DNA from: Ruminococcaceae bacterium UBA5891
Lineage (GTDB): Bacteria > Bacillota > Clostridia > Oscillospirales > Acutalibacteraceae
Assembly (NCBI GenBank): GCA_002431945.1
Contig: DJET01000048.1
Coordinates: 446-64,445 of the forward strand
Length of the DNA stretch: 64,000 bases
Direction: 5' to 3'
Shown one piece after another: positions 8,735 through 18,823 of the stretch; the stretch's first letter is position 1, and each line of letters begins with the position of its first letter. The notes below the pieces were generated by a model. The model searched no databases and was not told where the DNA came from. It worked only from the letters and a program-made list of their open reading frames with translations. The position numbers and the translations under genes are program-made.

Positions 8735-10941
8735 TTACTATTCCCTTCTTTGCTTATAAAATCAAATCCCTTAACACTGCCGAAGGGTGTTACGGCGGTC
8801 TCGGCGCCGAAATTTACATATATTTCCGTACCGTTGGAAAATACGGTATGAGCAAGCTCGCCCTGTTTTTCGTATTTAAGAATTTGCGCGCCCTTCACCG
8901 ATCTTAAGGCTGTGTTATAGCGATTTGAAAAATCAATGATATCATTTTTAACATCGCGGAAAACTCCCGATGAAAGACCGCTGTTTGCCGTGAAAATATA
9001 CGAATTCTCAAAATTCCGAATAACCGTAAATTCCAATGCCTGACCGGTAGAAACCGCCTTAAGAAAGCTTTGAACCTTATCAGACGAAAGATTAACAGAC
9101 TGGCTTGTCAAAAGCTTACTGCCCTTAAATATCATTTGATAAAAAGGTATTTCGGCGTCTATAAAATTATAGCCTGAGCTTTTTTCGGGCGTATCGGTAA
9201 TAATGTCAGACTGCATTGCGGCGTATAAATTGGCGCCGGCGGTAGCAACAACGCCGTTTTTAAATCCGGACAATATTTTTGCCGCGTCCTGCGACATACG
9301 GTTTTTAGCATAATATTCAGTATCGTTGCAATCACCGTAAGCGTCTGTACCGAGGCTTGAAAACGAAACTCCGGAAAGCTTCCAATCGGAAATTTTATCC
9401 TTTAATTTTTCCCCTGCCGCTATAAGCTTATCCCTGCTGAGCATTAAATCTCCGCCGTCCTCTATTTGGTGAGTAACCATAGAGTAGCTTTTCTTTTGAG
9501 CCGCAATAAGATCGGCTGTTTTGGCACTGTCGTAATTCTTTGAAAAGCCGGAGGTTGAGCTGCGGAAATAAATCAGATCAAAATCCATAATCAACGGTAT
9601 GCCTTGCTTTTCGCAGCTTTGGTACAATTTATTCAATTTTTTTATGCTGCCCAATGCAGGATCTATTTTAAATCCGCCGGCAAGCTTTTTACCGTCAAGT
9701 CCGCCCTTACCGAAGCCGCTGAGCTTTACCGCTATATCCGCGTCGGTCCTGTCGGTCAATTCATTCAGCATTTGGGGTATCTCGTCAAGCCTTGTTGCTG
9801 CAGAAACCGAATTATAAGGAATACCCAAAAAGCTTTTGCTTACGTTAATTCCGCCGATAACATTAAGCATTATGCCTATGCTGCTTTCCTCTCCCGTAAG
9901 CCCTAAATAATCGCGGTATGCCGCCGCAACACCGTTATAGCTGTTTTCATATCCCTTTATCGGGCAATACCTTACCGACAGGTATTTTGCCTTAGCCTTA
10001 CTCAGCGTAACCTTTTTAACGGTAGCCGTTTTCTTATCCGCGCCCTTAATAACCGATTCCGCCGTGCTTCTTATTCGAAACGACGGGTAAACCGCAGAAT
10101 ATCCGATTTGGCTATCGCCCGCAACAGCGTTTATTTTTGCAAGCTCCGCACCGTTTTCGATAATACCCATAAGCGATCTGTTTCTATCCTTAACCGAAAA
10201 AACCGGCAGTCTTACTGTTTCGGTTTCGGTTAACTGCTGCATCGGCTGCGACGCAGCGTCGTCGCCGTAAACAGACTCGGAATAATTCCTTATATTGCGG
10301 GTTGTATCGTCAACATACATTAAGGCGCCGCAGCCCGATGGTACAAACAAATAAGAATCGGTATTGTTTTTTGCCGAAGCAAAATACGGCATTACGGCTA
10401 CCTCAAGGAGAATGTTATCGCCCTCGGTTATTTTATCCGCAAGTATTCGTGTTTCCAAGCCGTCGTCACAAAGAATGTAATCTACCGGAAGGGAAATTTC
10501 AGCGTCGCGGAAATAGTAAATTACCCTTACGCCGTTTTTGATCTTCAGGCTGTATACATCACCGTTTCTAACGGCGTCAAATGAATTTTCCGCAGCGCTG
10601 TCCATTGTGGTTTTATTGCTGTAGGTAATCACAAATGAGGAGCATAGATTCAATTCCTGATATTCGTTGCTGCGGTCACCCGAACGGTAGTAATCATAAG
10701 GCACAGAGGACCATACCTCGCCGTCGGCGTTGTCATACAGTAAAACCGCGCCTGCATCGCCGTCCCATAAAAGGCTGTAATTTTCATTTTCAGCCACAGC
10801 TCCCGTTTCCAAAACCTTTATTTCATCGGGCACCGAAAAGGGCTTGTTTGTATTTGCTTTGGCGCCGAAGCAACCCGATAGGGCAAGTGACATTACAACA
10901 GCCGTAAACAAAACAAATGCTTTTTTAAAATTCATTGCCAT
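8731..10941 (-). CDS. Large secreted lipoprotein of unknown function (DUF5696-like, possible glycan-active)
   Basis: 736-aa ORF with signal peptide and lipobox LALSGCFG. The family name is a recollection only. It lies between the two permease pairs. Confidence 0.5.
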   Translation of the reverse strand: MAMNFKKAFVLFTAVVMSLALSGCFGAKANTNKPFSVPDEIKVLETGAVAENENYSLLWDGDAGAVLLYDNADGEVWSSVPYDYYRSGDRSNEYQELNLCSSFVITYSNKTTMDSAAENSFDAVRNGDVYSLKIKNGVRVIYYFRDAEISLPVDYILCDDGLETRILADKITEGDNILLEVAVMPYFASAKNNTDSYLFVPSGCGALMYVDDTTRNIRNYSESVYGDDAASQPMQQLTETETVRLPVFSVKDRNRSLMGIIENGAELAKINAVAGDSQIGYSAVYPSFRIRSTAESVIKGADKKTATVKKVTLSKAKAKYLSVRYCPIKGYENSYNGVAAAYRDYLGLTGEESSIGIMLNVIGGINVSKSFLGIPYNSVSAATRLDEIPQMLNELTDRTDADIAVKLSGFGKGGLDGKKLAGGFKIDPALGSIKKLNKLYQSCEKQGIPLIMDFDLIYFRSSTSGFSKNYDSAKTADLIAAQKKSYSMVTHQIEDGGDLMLSRDKLIAAGEKLKDKISDWKLSGVSFSSLGTDAYGDCNDTEYYAKNRMSQDAAKILSGFKNGVVATAGANLYAAMQSDIITDTPEKSSGYNFIDAEIPFYQMIFKGSKLLTSQSVNLSSDKVQSFLKAVSTGQALEFTVIRNFENSYIFTANSGLSSGVFRDVKNDIIDFSNRYNTALRSVKGAQILKYEKQGELAHTVFSNGTEIYVNFGAETAVTPFGSVKGFDFISKEGNSK

Positions 10942-10948
10942 ATCACCC

Positions 10949-13090
10949 TTACCTCAGCATTGCTTCCTTAATTATTCCCATAACAAAGCCCAAAAGATCC
11001 TGTCCTAACGTCAGCATAATAAACGCTATAAACAGCACTATTCCCATTCCTATAACAATTACAATGCCAAGACCCAGCGCCTTTGTAAAGCTGAAATCGT
11101 GTACCACTGTTATAGAAAGTAAAATCCACACAATAAATACCGCCGTAAATGCCGTTTTAATCAGTGTAAATCCGGCGTTAGACGTGGGTATTATTATATA
11201 AGAGGCTATTAAATAAAAAACCGAATACAGAATTAAAGGCTGCAGGCAATAACAGCCCGTACAGTAAATGCTTCTGAGATTACCCTTGCCCTCAAACAAA
11301 ACGCATGCCAGCCAGTTTATTATTACATAAAGCAACACTAAGCCGACCGTTCCGAACAGGGTATAAATTGCATTAAAATCAGAAATGTTCACTATATTAT
11401 ACATAAATCCGCCGAAAAGTGCGGAGCTTACCGTTGCTACATAGAACAGTATTAAATGTACGGTTGCAATCACCATAGAACCCTTATTTTCGTTTCGCAC
11501 CGCAGAAAAGACCTCTATCGGATGGCTTAAGGTCTTCAGCGCTGCCTTAAGCTTTTCATTTTTGATAAGCGTTATGCCTTTTTTTCTGCATTTTCTAAGC
11601 GCAATTACGGCAGCTGTAATAACCGTAACGACAATTATAAGCACCCACCAAAGATTTTCGCGCACAAATCGGTTACGAACCGCCTTATATGCCTGCGAAT
11701 ATGTAGCCTGATCCAGACCGCTCTTTGCATATGCCATTGATTCGTCGTATTTTTCTTCCGAAAGGCTTGCCTTCGCAAGACCGATATATGCCAACTGGCA
11801 GTTTTTATCCTGTGCGTTAACAGCCTCCCAATAGGGCTTTGCTTTAGCGTATTCGCCCTGATTGGTTAAGGTTTGCGCCGTTTTAAAGCACTTGCCGAAC
11901 TCATTTATACGGAATATCGTTAAATTGCCGTTCACTAAATCCAATACAACCAAATCTTCACCGCGGCAGGTAACCGAACCCGGCGTAACAAACGTGCCTA
12001 CCTGATTGCCTAAGCCCGTACCGCCACCGAAAACAGTCAAAAGATTACAGTTGCTGTCATACATATATATCCTGCCTTGGGTAGAGTCCAAAGCATAGAT
12101 ATAACCCTCATTATCGGTTGTTACGGCGTTTATTTTCTGACTGACGGGAACGCCGTAAGCCGAGGTTTTTTCAACATATGAATTCGGGAAATCGCCGAAG
12201 TTGTATTGATCGCCCTCCACAACGTCAAACTGCTCGGCTGCCCGCAAAATATTAGCTCCCGTGGGGGCAAACATCTTTATTTGACCGACGTCCTCCCCTA
12301 TTACGCCGCAAATAAATCCGTCATAGCTCATAGATATATCGGATAACTGATAAGGCAGCTTTTTCGCAGTGCCGTCGTGCTTCTCCTTTGTTTCAAAAGC
12401 AGATGTCAGCCAATCCTTAAGAGCGCCGAAAACAGTCGTCGCCACCTTATTGGCACCGAAGAATCCTAAAAAGTCGCCGTTTTTGGAAAATACCATTAAC
12501 CCGTAATACGAGCCTTCACACAAAACGTAAAGATAGCCGTTCTTATCCTTTTCAACTCTGATCGGCGTATAAGAAAAATCGGCGGGAATTATCGAAGAAT
12601 CAGGCTTTAATATAATATCCTTAACCTCTTCGTCCTTACAGCAAAGCACGCGTTCGTTTTCGGTATCCGCAACGTACAGAAGCCCCTCGCTGTCCACATA
12701 TATTCCCTTTGCGCCCGAAAATGTATATTCATTGCCGCCTCCGCTCAGGGATTTAATGCTTTTTACAAGCTTATATTCGGAATTGAAAATATAAATTATA
12801 CCCTGCTTGCCGTCAAGCAAATACGTGTTGTTCTCTTTATCACTGCATACATATTCAAAAGAGCTATTTTCCTGCTTTACAAACGAAAGATCGATAACCC
12901 TGTAAGGATTAAAAAGCGCCTTTGTCTCCACAGGCTTTTTATTGGTAAAACCGGTCCAGTAGGTGTAATTAGTGTAAGGCACACGGTCATTTTCAACCGT
13001 TGCTGCACCGACGCTAAGGCAGAAAAAAAGCATTACCGCCGCTATCAGCGCCCCAACGGTTTTAAAAAACGAAAAATGCCGTTTCAACAT
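10949..13090 (-). CDS. NHL-repeat beta-propeller / Yip1-domain integral membrane fusion protein
   Basis: 713-aa ORF. N-terminal signal/TM and repeated NHL-like strands (LYVADTENERVL, IYALDSTQGRIYMYD, LVVLDLVNGNLTIF). The C-terminal ~220 aa has five hydrophobic helices resembling a Yip1 domain. Confidence 0.6.
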   Translation of the reverse strand: MLKRHFSFFKTVGALIAAVMLFFCLSVGAATVENDRVPYTNYTYWTGFTNKKPVETKALFNPYRVIDLSFVKQENSSFEYVCSDKENNTYLLDGKQGIIYIFNSEYKLVKSIKSLSGGGNEYTFSGAKGIYVDSEGLLYVADTENERVLCCKDEEVKDIILKPDSSIIPADFSYTPIRVEKDKNGYLYVLCEGSYYGLMVFSKNGDFLGFFGANKVATTVFGALKDWLTSAFETKEKHDGTAKKLPYQLSDISMSYDGFICGVIGEDVGQIKMFAPTGANILRAAEQFDVVEGDQYNFGDFPNSYVEKTSAYGVPVSQKINAVTTDNEGYIYALDSTQGRIYMYDSNCNLLTVFGGGTGLGNQVGTFVTPGSVTCRGEDLVVLDLVNGNLTIFRINEFGKCFKTAQTLTNQGEYAKAKPYWEAVNAQDKNCQLAYIGLAKASLSEEKYDESMAYAKSGLDQATYSQAYKAVRNRFVRENLWWVLIIVVTVITAAVIALRKCRKKGITLIKNEKLKAALKTLSHPIEVFSAVRNENKGSMVIATVHLILFYVATVSSALFGGFMYNIVNISDFNAIYTLFGTVGLVLLYVIINWLACVLFEGKGNLRSIYCTGCYCLQPLILYSVFYLIASYIIIPTSNAGFTLIKTAFTAVFIVWILLSITVVHDFSFTKALGLGIVIVIGMGIVLFIAFIMLTLGQDLLGFVMGIIKEAMLR

Positions 13091-13102
13091 TAAAATTGCC
13101 TC

Positions 13103-14014
13103 CTATTCCTTAATTCCCGCACTGTTCATAGATTCAAGCACATTGCTCTGCGAAATGAAATACACAATTATCGGCGGTATCATCATAATAACCGTAACCG
13201 ACATAGCGCTTCCGGAGCGCGCAATTCCGCCTGCGGAAATTTGGGACATTACAGCCGGAAGGGTTTTAATGGTCTCTCTGAATATCATTCCGTTCGGGGC
13301 CTGCGACCATGTCGAGCTGAACTGAAACAGCATAAGGGTCATAATACACGACTTAACCATCGGAACAACAATTCTGAAAAAAATCTTAAACGGGTCGGCG
13401 CCGTCAATTTCAGCAGCCTCAAGCAAAGCGTTCGGTATGGCGCCCTCCATATACTGCTTCATAAGGAACACACCCATTGTAGACGCAAGACCGGGAAGAA
13501 TATACGCCCAATAGGTATCTATTATCCCGATATTTGCCGAAATAATATACTGCGGTATCGCCAAAGTAAAGCTGTTAAAAAGCAGCGCATACTGTATAAG
13601 TAAAAATAAGAATTTTTTTCCTTTAAAATCTGCCTTTGCAAGAGCAAACGCCGCTAAGGTTGCAATAAAAATATAAATTGCCGTACTTGCAACAGAAAGA
13701 AATACGCTGTTAAAAATGTATTTTGAAAGCGGTACGCTAAGGTTTGAAAGAAGCCTTGGCAATGCCGAATAGTTTTGAAGAGTCGGATTGTAAACAAAAA
13801 ACCTCGGCGGGAAAACAAGCAGTTCATCCAACGGCTTAAACGATGTTACCACCGAATAAACCAAGGGCAGCATTGAAAACAACCCGAAGGCGAATACAAT
13901 AATAAGATATATGCCGCTCCCGAAATTCGAGCGGGTATATTTTCGGCTGTAAGAGGAGCTTTCTTTCCTCGGTTTCAATTTAATTTTACGGTTTCCTGAT
14001 AATTTGGTTTTCAT
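13103..14014 (-). CDS. Carbohydrate ABC transporter permease
   Basis: Multi-TM ORF with EAA loop EAAEIDGADPFKIFFRIVVP. Start moved to ATG 14014 (MKTKLSG), after RBS GGTGGGG and directly after the upstream stop. Confidence 0.85.
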   Translation of the reverse strand: MKTKLSGNRKIKLKPRKESSSYSRKYTRSNFGSGIYLIIVFAFGLFSMLPLVYSVVTSFKPLDELLVFPPRFFVYNPTLQNYSALPRLLSNLSVPLSKYIFNSVFLSVASTAIYIFIATLAAFALAKADFKGKKFLFLLIQYALLFNSFTLAIPQYIISANIGIIDTYWAYILPGLASTMGVFLMKQYMEGAIPNALLEAAEIDGADPFKIFFRIVVPMVKSCIMTLMLFQFSSTWSQAPNGMIFRETIKTLPAVMSQISAGGIARSGSAMSVTVIMMIPPIIVYFISQSNVLESMNSAGIKE

Positions 14015-14024
14015 AATTCCCCAC

Positions 14025-14927
14025 CTACTTTCCCGTTCTGTTGAGTAAACGGGCAATTATCTCACGGGATATTGCCATAAGCAAAAACAGGAACACCGAG
14101 ATTGCCGAAGCATATCCCATTTCGTAACGCACCATACCTGCGTCGGATAAATACGGTACCAACATATCCACCGAATTGTCAACGCTGGGATAGCCCGCAA
14201 GCTCCGTAGCAACCGTGCCGACAGAAAACGCCGACGCTATTTGCATTACCGCACTGAAAAGCAATATATGCTTCATAACGGGCAGGGTTATGTACCAAAG
14301 CTCCTGCCAGCGGTTTCTGATGCCGTCTATTGCGCCGGCTTCAAATAATTCACCGTTAACGTTTTGCAAACCAGAAATATTGGCAAGAAATGAAACGCCC
14401 ATACTCTGCCAAAGCTGTACTATTATAATAATCGGCATAGTGTAGCTTGCGTTTTTAAGCCATGAAATCGGTTCGGTTATCAAATTTGCAGAAAGTAAAA
14501 TGCTGTTAATGTAGCCGTAGCTGTCACTACTGAAGGCGATCTGCCATATAAAATACGCGCTCCCTGCCAGTGCGGGACAGTATATCATAAACGACAGAAT
14601 ATTCCTGAACATAGGATTAAATTCGTTTATAAACCACGCCAGAACAAATGAAAGCAAAAATCCCGCAGGTCCTGTTATTACGGCAAAGGTTATAGTATTG
14701 GAAAGAGTTTTTACAAAAACCTCGTCGTCGATAAGCATTCTGATATAATTATCTATTCCCACAAATTTAGGGGCATTGATCATATCAAAATCAAAAAAGC
14801 TTAACACAACAGATGCAATAATCGGTATTACAAGGAAAACCAAAAAGCACACTAAAAAAGGAATCAGCATCGCATAATAGTAAAGCATTTTATTGGTTTT
14901 CTTTGCAAGCTTAGTTTTACTACCCAT
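14025..14927 (-). CDS. Sugar ABC transporter permease
   Basis: Multi-TM ORF with EAA loop EAGAIDGIRNRWQELWYITLP. Start moved to ATG 14927 (MGSKTKL), after RBS GAAGGAAG downstream of the SBP stop. Confidence 0.85.
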   Translation of the reverse strand: MGSKTKLAKKTNKMLYYYAMLIPFLVCFLVFLVIPIIASVVLSFFDFDMINAPKFVGIDNYIRMLIDDEVFVKTLSNTITFAVITGPAGFLLSFVLAWFINEFNPMFRNILSFMIYCPALAGSAYFIWQIAFSSDSYGYINSILLSANLITEPISWLKNASYTMPIIIIVQLWQSMGVSFLANISGLQNVNGELFEAGAIDGIRNRWQELWYITLPVMKHILLFSAVMQIASAFSVGTVATELAGYPSVDNSVDMLVPYLSDAGMVRYEMGYASAISVFLFLLMAISREIIARLLNRTGK

Positions 14928-14943
14928 AGTTTCTTCCTTCTCT

Positions 14944-17790
14944 TTATGAATAGGCATTTATCTTACGCTCAATTTCCTCATTGGCATAATCTGCGGCCTT
15001 TATAAGTGCGTCTTTTACATTTTCACCCTTGTTGTAGACCTTCCAAAAGGCTTGGTCTACTGCACGGGCAACAAAGTAGCTTCCCGGAACCTCGGGAATT
15101 TCTTTAATATATTTACGCTGAAGATTAAGAATTTCAAGGTCATTATAATCCCAGCCCATATTTTCAAACGCCTCGGTATTGGCGGTAGCAATTCTTGAGA
15201 TCGTACCTAAAATCGACTCGACTTCATTATTATATAAAAGCTGCGTATCGGCGTCTGTCCACCATTTAAGGAATTCCCATGCGCTTTTTACATTTTTTGA
15301 AGTATTTAATATGGCGCAGCCCGCGCCGCTTCCCGAAACAGTGTGATCTATATTGCCGTTTTCATCACGGGTTCCGGGAATAAGGGCAATGCCCCACTTT
15401 CCGTCTATTTCGGGCGCCATATCCTTAAGCTGTGTATAAACCGTATAATCGGAAATTCCCAAAGGCGTAATACCTATTCTGAAACGGTTATAAAACGAAA
15501 CCGAAACAGGCAGCTTATACTTAGTATAAAAAGAAGACCAGAACGAAAACGATGAAAGAGCAATAGGATCGTCTAACAGGCATTTGTTTTTATCCTCATT
15601 GTAAAATGAACCGCCGTTCTGCTGATAAACAGAGGCAAACATATTCAACCCGCCGATACCGGTATTGACCGTTGTTGACGAGGTTATCTGAACATACGGC
15701 ACCCACGTTTCCATATTGCTCATTCTAAGCACTGTCGACGTCGCTAAAAATTCGTCCCACGTTTCAGGAACGCTCAGTCCCAGTCTTTCAAAAATATCTC
15801 TTCGGTAAAACATAATATAAAACGACTGCGTTTCAGGTAAGGCATAGGTGCCGTTTTTATATTCGTAAGGAACGGTAGCCGTTGAGGCAAATCGTTCCTT
15901 TACCGATTGAAAATCCTCAAATTCCTCTAAATTTCTTACGGCTCCTCTGAGCGCAAAGTTAACAGGCTCGGTTCTTGAAAGGTTCAGCGCAACATCGGGC
16001 GCATTGCCTGTCAGCATACCGTTGATTATAGAGGCGCTTGTAAGCTCTACATGAACGTTTATTCCCGTTTTTGGAACAAACGAGGTATTTATAAGAGAAT
16101 TAAGCGCCATGGCCTGGTCTCTGCCCCAGTTCACCCAAAGAACAATGCTCTCGCCTTCATCTTTTTCCGAATCGGTCTTGTCGTAACCGTCAACAAACGA
16201 CGCAAAAAAGCGCTTAAAATTATAACTAAGCCTTGTAAAGAAAGCGGGCTTGGCGTATTCCGCCTTAGCGCCTGCGGGCGTAATTAAAATTCGGTCAAGG
16301 CTTAAAGGCATTACATTCATATTACTGAGCGAGGAGGAAAGCGATGAATAATTCGAATAAAAATCCGAAATATAATCCTCTGCCTTATAAATGTTTTTAA
16401 TCATATTAGCCACAACACGGTTTGTATTTACAAGCACCGAAATTTGGGAATTGGTTTTTTGACCCGAAATTTTCTTAAGCTCGTCAGCCGCTTTATCAAG
16501 CCTGCTGTTATAATATTTAAGCTTTTCTTCAAAGCCGTCGATCTGTTCATAAAGATTATAGTCGCGGTTGGGATCCGGCGATTCTCCGGTAATCATTATT
16601 ACGCTTAAATAAAGCTCTCTGAGTCCCGAAAGAATTTCCCTTATATCCTTATATACATTCGCCGTTTCCCCCAAGGTGACCTTTAACGATAATATATGGT
16701 CGCCTTCGGAAAGATAAATATCATATGCCCGTTCACTGTCTGCAAATTCATAAAGCTTCCATGAATTGCAATGTGAAAATCTGAGGTTTTCGGCTTCCTT
16801 AAACGGAGTAACCCCGTCTATCTTCAAAGAACGGTAAGCAAATCCGTTTTGAATTTGATCCTGATTATATATAAAACCGAAATTGTAAAGTCCCGGTTTT
16901 TCCACATGGAATTTCCATGTAATTTCTTCGTTTGTGTTTTGCCAGTTTGTATTTCCTATGTAGTTTATAACACGCTTCATAGGATCGTTGGGAGAAAGCC
17001 ATGCCGAATTATCGGACTTGGAGATAATTGATCTGGAATTTTTAAGAACTGCATTTTCGGCTTCTATAACTATACCCTGAGCGTCGGCTGACTTATAGCC
17101 CTTTTCTCTGTATTCATTTTCAACTTCATTATAGCTTTTAACATTTTCAATGCCTGAAATATTTATTTCAGACAGCACCAGCTCGCTGCTGTTTACTTTT
17201 AACGTTACAGTATTTTCACCCTCTGTAAAACAGAAGGCATAGGGATCTGTAACCACGCCCGAAACATCAAAAAGTGAAACTGTCACAAAGCCGTCATACG
17301 GCTTTTGCTGCGGGGCAATTTGATTGCCCATAGAATCGCTGCGGATATCTCCGTCATTTTCCCAATAACAGAAAAGCCGCATATTCTGCGCGCCCTCAAA
17401 CGGAATTACACCGTTTACAAAAAGTGATAATCCCGCTTCCTTGGCGGCGTCGGCTGATATTTTATAGTTAAGATTTATATTATAAAGACCGCTCTTCGGC
17501 ACGTTTACTTTATATGTAACCGACGTACCGCCCGAAATGCTGACGGCCTTATTTTCAGCAGTATTGACTGCACCGTCGGCTCCGATAAAATCGCAGCCGT
17601 TTATTTTTATATTTTCCGCATCGGACACAGGGGACTTACCGTGAATATAAGCGTCATAGTCCATATAATCCGCGTCGGTATTATTATCATTTTTAATATT
17701 TTCGGCACTATCGGAAACCGAAAATACATTAAGCGGTATAACCGCCGCTGTTAATACCAACACGGCTAATATTGCCATTATCTTTTTCAC
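14944..17790 (-). CDS. Extracellular solute-binding protein fused to N-terminal carbohydrate-binding-like modules
   Basis: 948-aa ORF with signal peptide. The N-terminal ~380 aa contains two similar beta-sandwich-like segments (GLYNINLNYK... / GLYNFGFIYN...). The C-terminal ~430 aa looks like a family-1 sugar SBP. It sits directly upstream of a permease pair. Confidence 0.7.
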   Translation of the reverse strand: MKKIMAILAVLVLTAAVIPLNVFSVSDSAENIKNDNNTDADYMDYDAYIHGKSPVSDAENIKINGCDFIGADGAVNTAENKAVSISGGTSVTYKVNVPKSGLYNINLNYKISADAAKEAGLSLFVNGVIPFEGAQNMRLFCYWENDGDIRSDSMGNQIAPQQKPYDGFVTVSLFDVSGVVTDPYAFCFTEGENTVTLKVNSSELVLSEINISGIENVKSYNEVENEYREKGYKSADAQGIVIEAENAVLKNSRSIISKSDNSAWLSPNDPMKRVINYIGNTNWQNTNEEITWKFHVEKPGLYNFGFIYNQDQIQNGFAYRSLKIDGVTPFKEAENLRFSHCNSWKLYEFADSERAYDIYLSEGDHILSLKVTLGETANVYKDIREILSGLRELYLSVIMITGESPDPNRDYNLYEQIDGFEEKLKYYNSRLDKAADELKKISGQKTNSQISVLVNTNRVVANMIKNIYKAEDYISDFYSNYSSLSSSLSNMNVMPLSLDRILITPAGAKAEYAKPAFFTRLSYNFKRFFASFVDGYDKTDSEKDEGESIVLWVNWGRDQAMALNSLINTSFVPKTGINVHVELTSASIINGMLTGNAPDVALNLSRTEPVNFALRGAVRNLEEFEDFQSVKERFASTATVPYEYKNGTYALPETQSFYIMFYRRDIFERLGLSVPETWDEFLATSTVLRMSNMETWVPYVQITSSTTVNTGIGGLNMFASVYQQNGGSFYNEDKNKCLLDDPIALSSFSFWSSFYTKYKLPVSVSFYNRFRIGITPLGISDYTVYTQLKDMAPEIDGKWGIALIPGTRDENGNIDHTVSGSGAGCAILNTSKNVKSAWEFLKWWTDADTQLLYNNEVESILGTISRIATANTEAFENMGWDYNDLEILNLQRKYIKEIPEVPGSYFVARAVDQAFWKVYNKGENVKDALIKAADYANEEIERKINAYS

Positions 17791-17830
17791 TGCTAAGTCC
17801 CCTTTTCGTTTTTACGGAAAATCTTAAGTT

Positions 17831-18811
17831 TTATTTCTTATTTCTTGCTTTTTTTGCGGCAAGGAATAAAATAACAAATCCCAAAACAACCAAAACACAA
17901 ATTCCGATTATGATCCAAAGCCACGGAAATTCCTGTTTTTCGTCCGCCTGTGCGGCGCCTTCCTTTGGCTGACGGGTAGTATAAATTTTATATGTTCGTT
18001 TAGAGCCGTCCTGTGCCTCTACCACAATACGGGTAATATTTTCGCCTATGTAGGGAAGATCGTCTCCTGTTATCGTAACCTTAGAGGTAGGGTCAACCGC
18101 CTCAGCCGTAATTTTTAATTTCTTAACATTATAAGGAACTACCGCCTTATAAATCTTAACATCAGAAGAAAATTCCGGCGTTATCTCGGCGTTGGCAACC
18201 TTAAGCGTTTTAAGACTGATAGAATCGTAAACATTGTTTTTGTCCGTTTCGCTGTTTTGTCCGTTATTTCGCGAAGATGTATAGCTGTTGTCCTTTTGAT
18301 TGCCGGAGCTGTTGTTTTTTTCCTCATTTACTGTTTGAGCTGCCGCGGTTTGAGCGAACGCTGCGTCGGCTATGCTTAAAACGCCTGTGCCTGCGGAAGC
18401 TGAAACGTCTGTTGCGGTAACGTTAAATTCGCCTGCCTTTTCAACCCTGAACGTAGCGGTCAGCATATCCGCTTTTACCTTAACGGGATTTTCCGTTGTC
18501 ATATCGCACATTACGAATTTTACAGAACCGTCCGATTTATTGTCGGTTAATTTCCAGCCGCCCGCAATATCCGAGCTTATTTCCTTTAGGGTGAGCATTG
18601 CCCCGTCATATTTCAAGGTTCCGTTAACGGCAATAATATCTTCCCTGTCAGGATTTTCTATTGAAAGCGTGATCTCTATTTCATCGCCCGAACGGACCGC
18701 AGAGGGTCCGCCGAGCTTTACCGATAATGAAGAAGCAGCATTAGCGGGGAAGGTCGAAAATACTCCGAGACAAGCAAATAAAATTAAAATCGCATTACGA
18801 ATTCTTTTCAT
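17831..18811 (-). CDS. Membrane-anchored cohesin-domain protein with cadherin-like beta-sandwich domain
   Basis: 326-aa ORF. It has a signal peptide and a ~130-aa cohesin-like module (GDEIEITLSIEN...LKYDGAMLTL...ATFRVEKAG). An Asn/Ser-rich linker follows, then a cadherin-like module (LKVANAEITPEFSSDVKIYKAVVP...) and a C-terminal TM helix with a basic tail. Confidence 0.6.
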   Translation of the reverse strand: MKRIRNAILILFACLGVFSTFPANAASSLSVKLGGPSAVRSGDEIEITLSIENPDREDIIAVNGTLKYDGAMLTLKEISSDIAGGWKLTDNKSDGSVKFVMCDMTTENPVKVKADMLTATFRVEKAGEFNVTATDVSASAGTGVLSIADAAFAQTAAAQTVNEEKNNSSGNQKDNSYTSSRNNGQNSETDKNNVYDSISLKTLKVANAEITPEFSSDVKIYKAVVPYNVKKLKITAEAVDPTSKVTITGDDLPYIGENITRIVVEAQDGSKRTYKIYTTRQPKEGAAQADEKQEFPWLWIIIGICVLVVLGFVILFLAAKKARNKK

Positions 18812-18823
18812 ATTCTCACCTCA

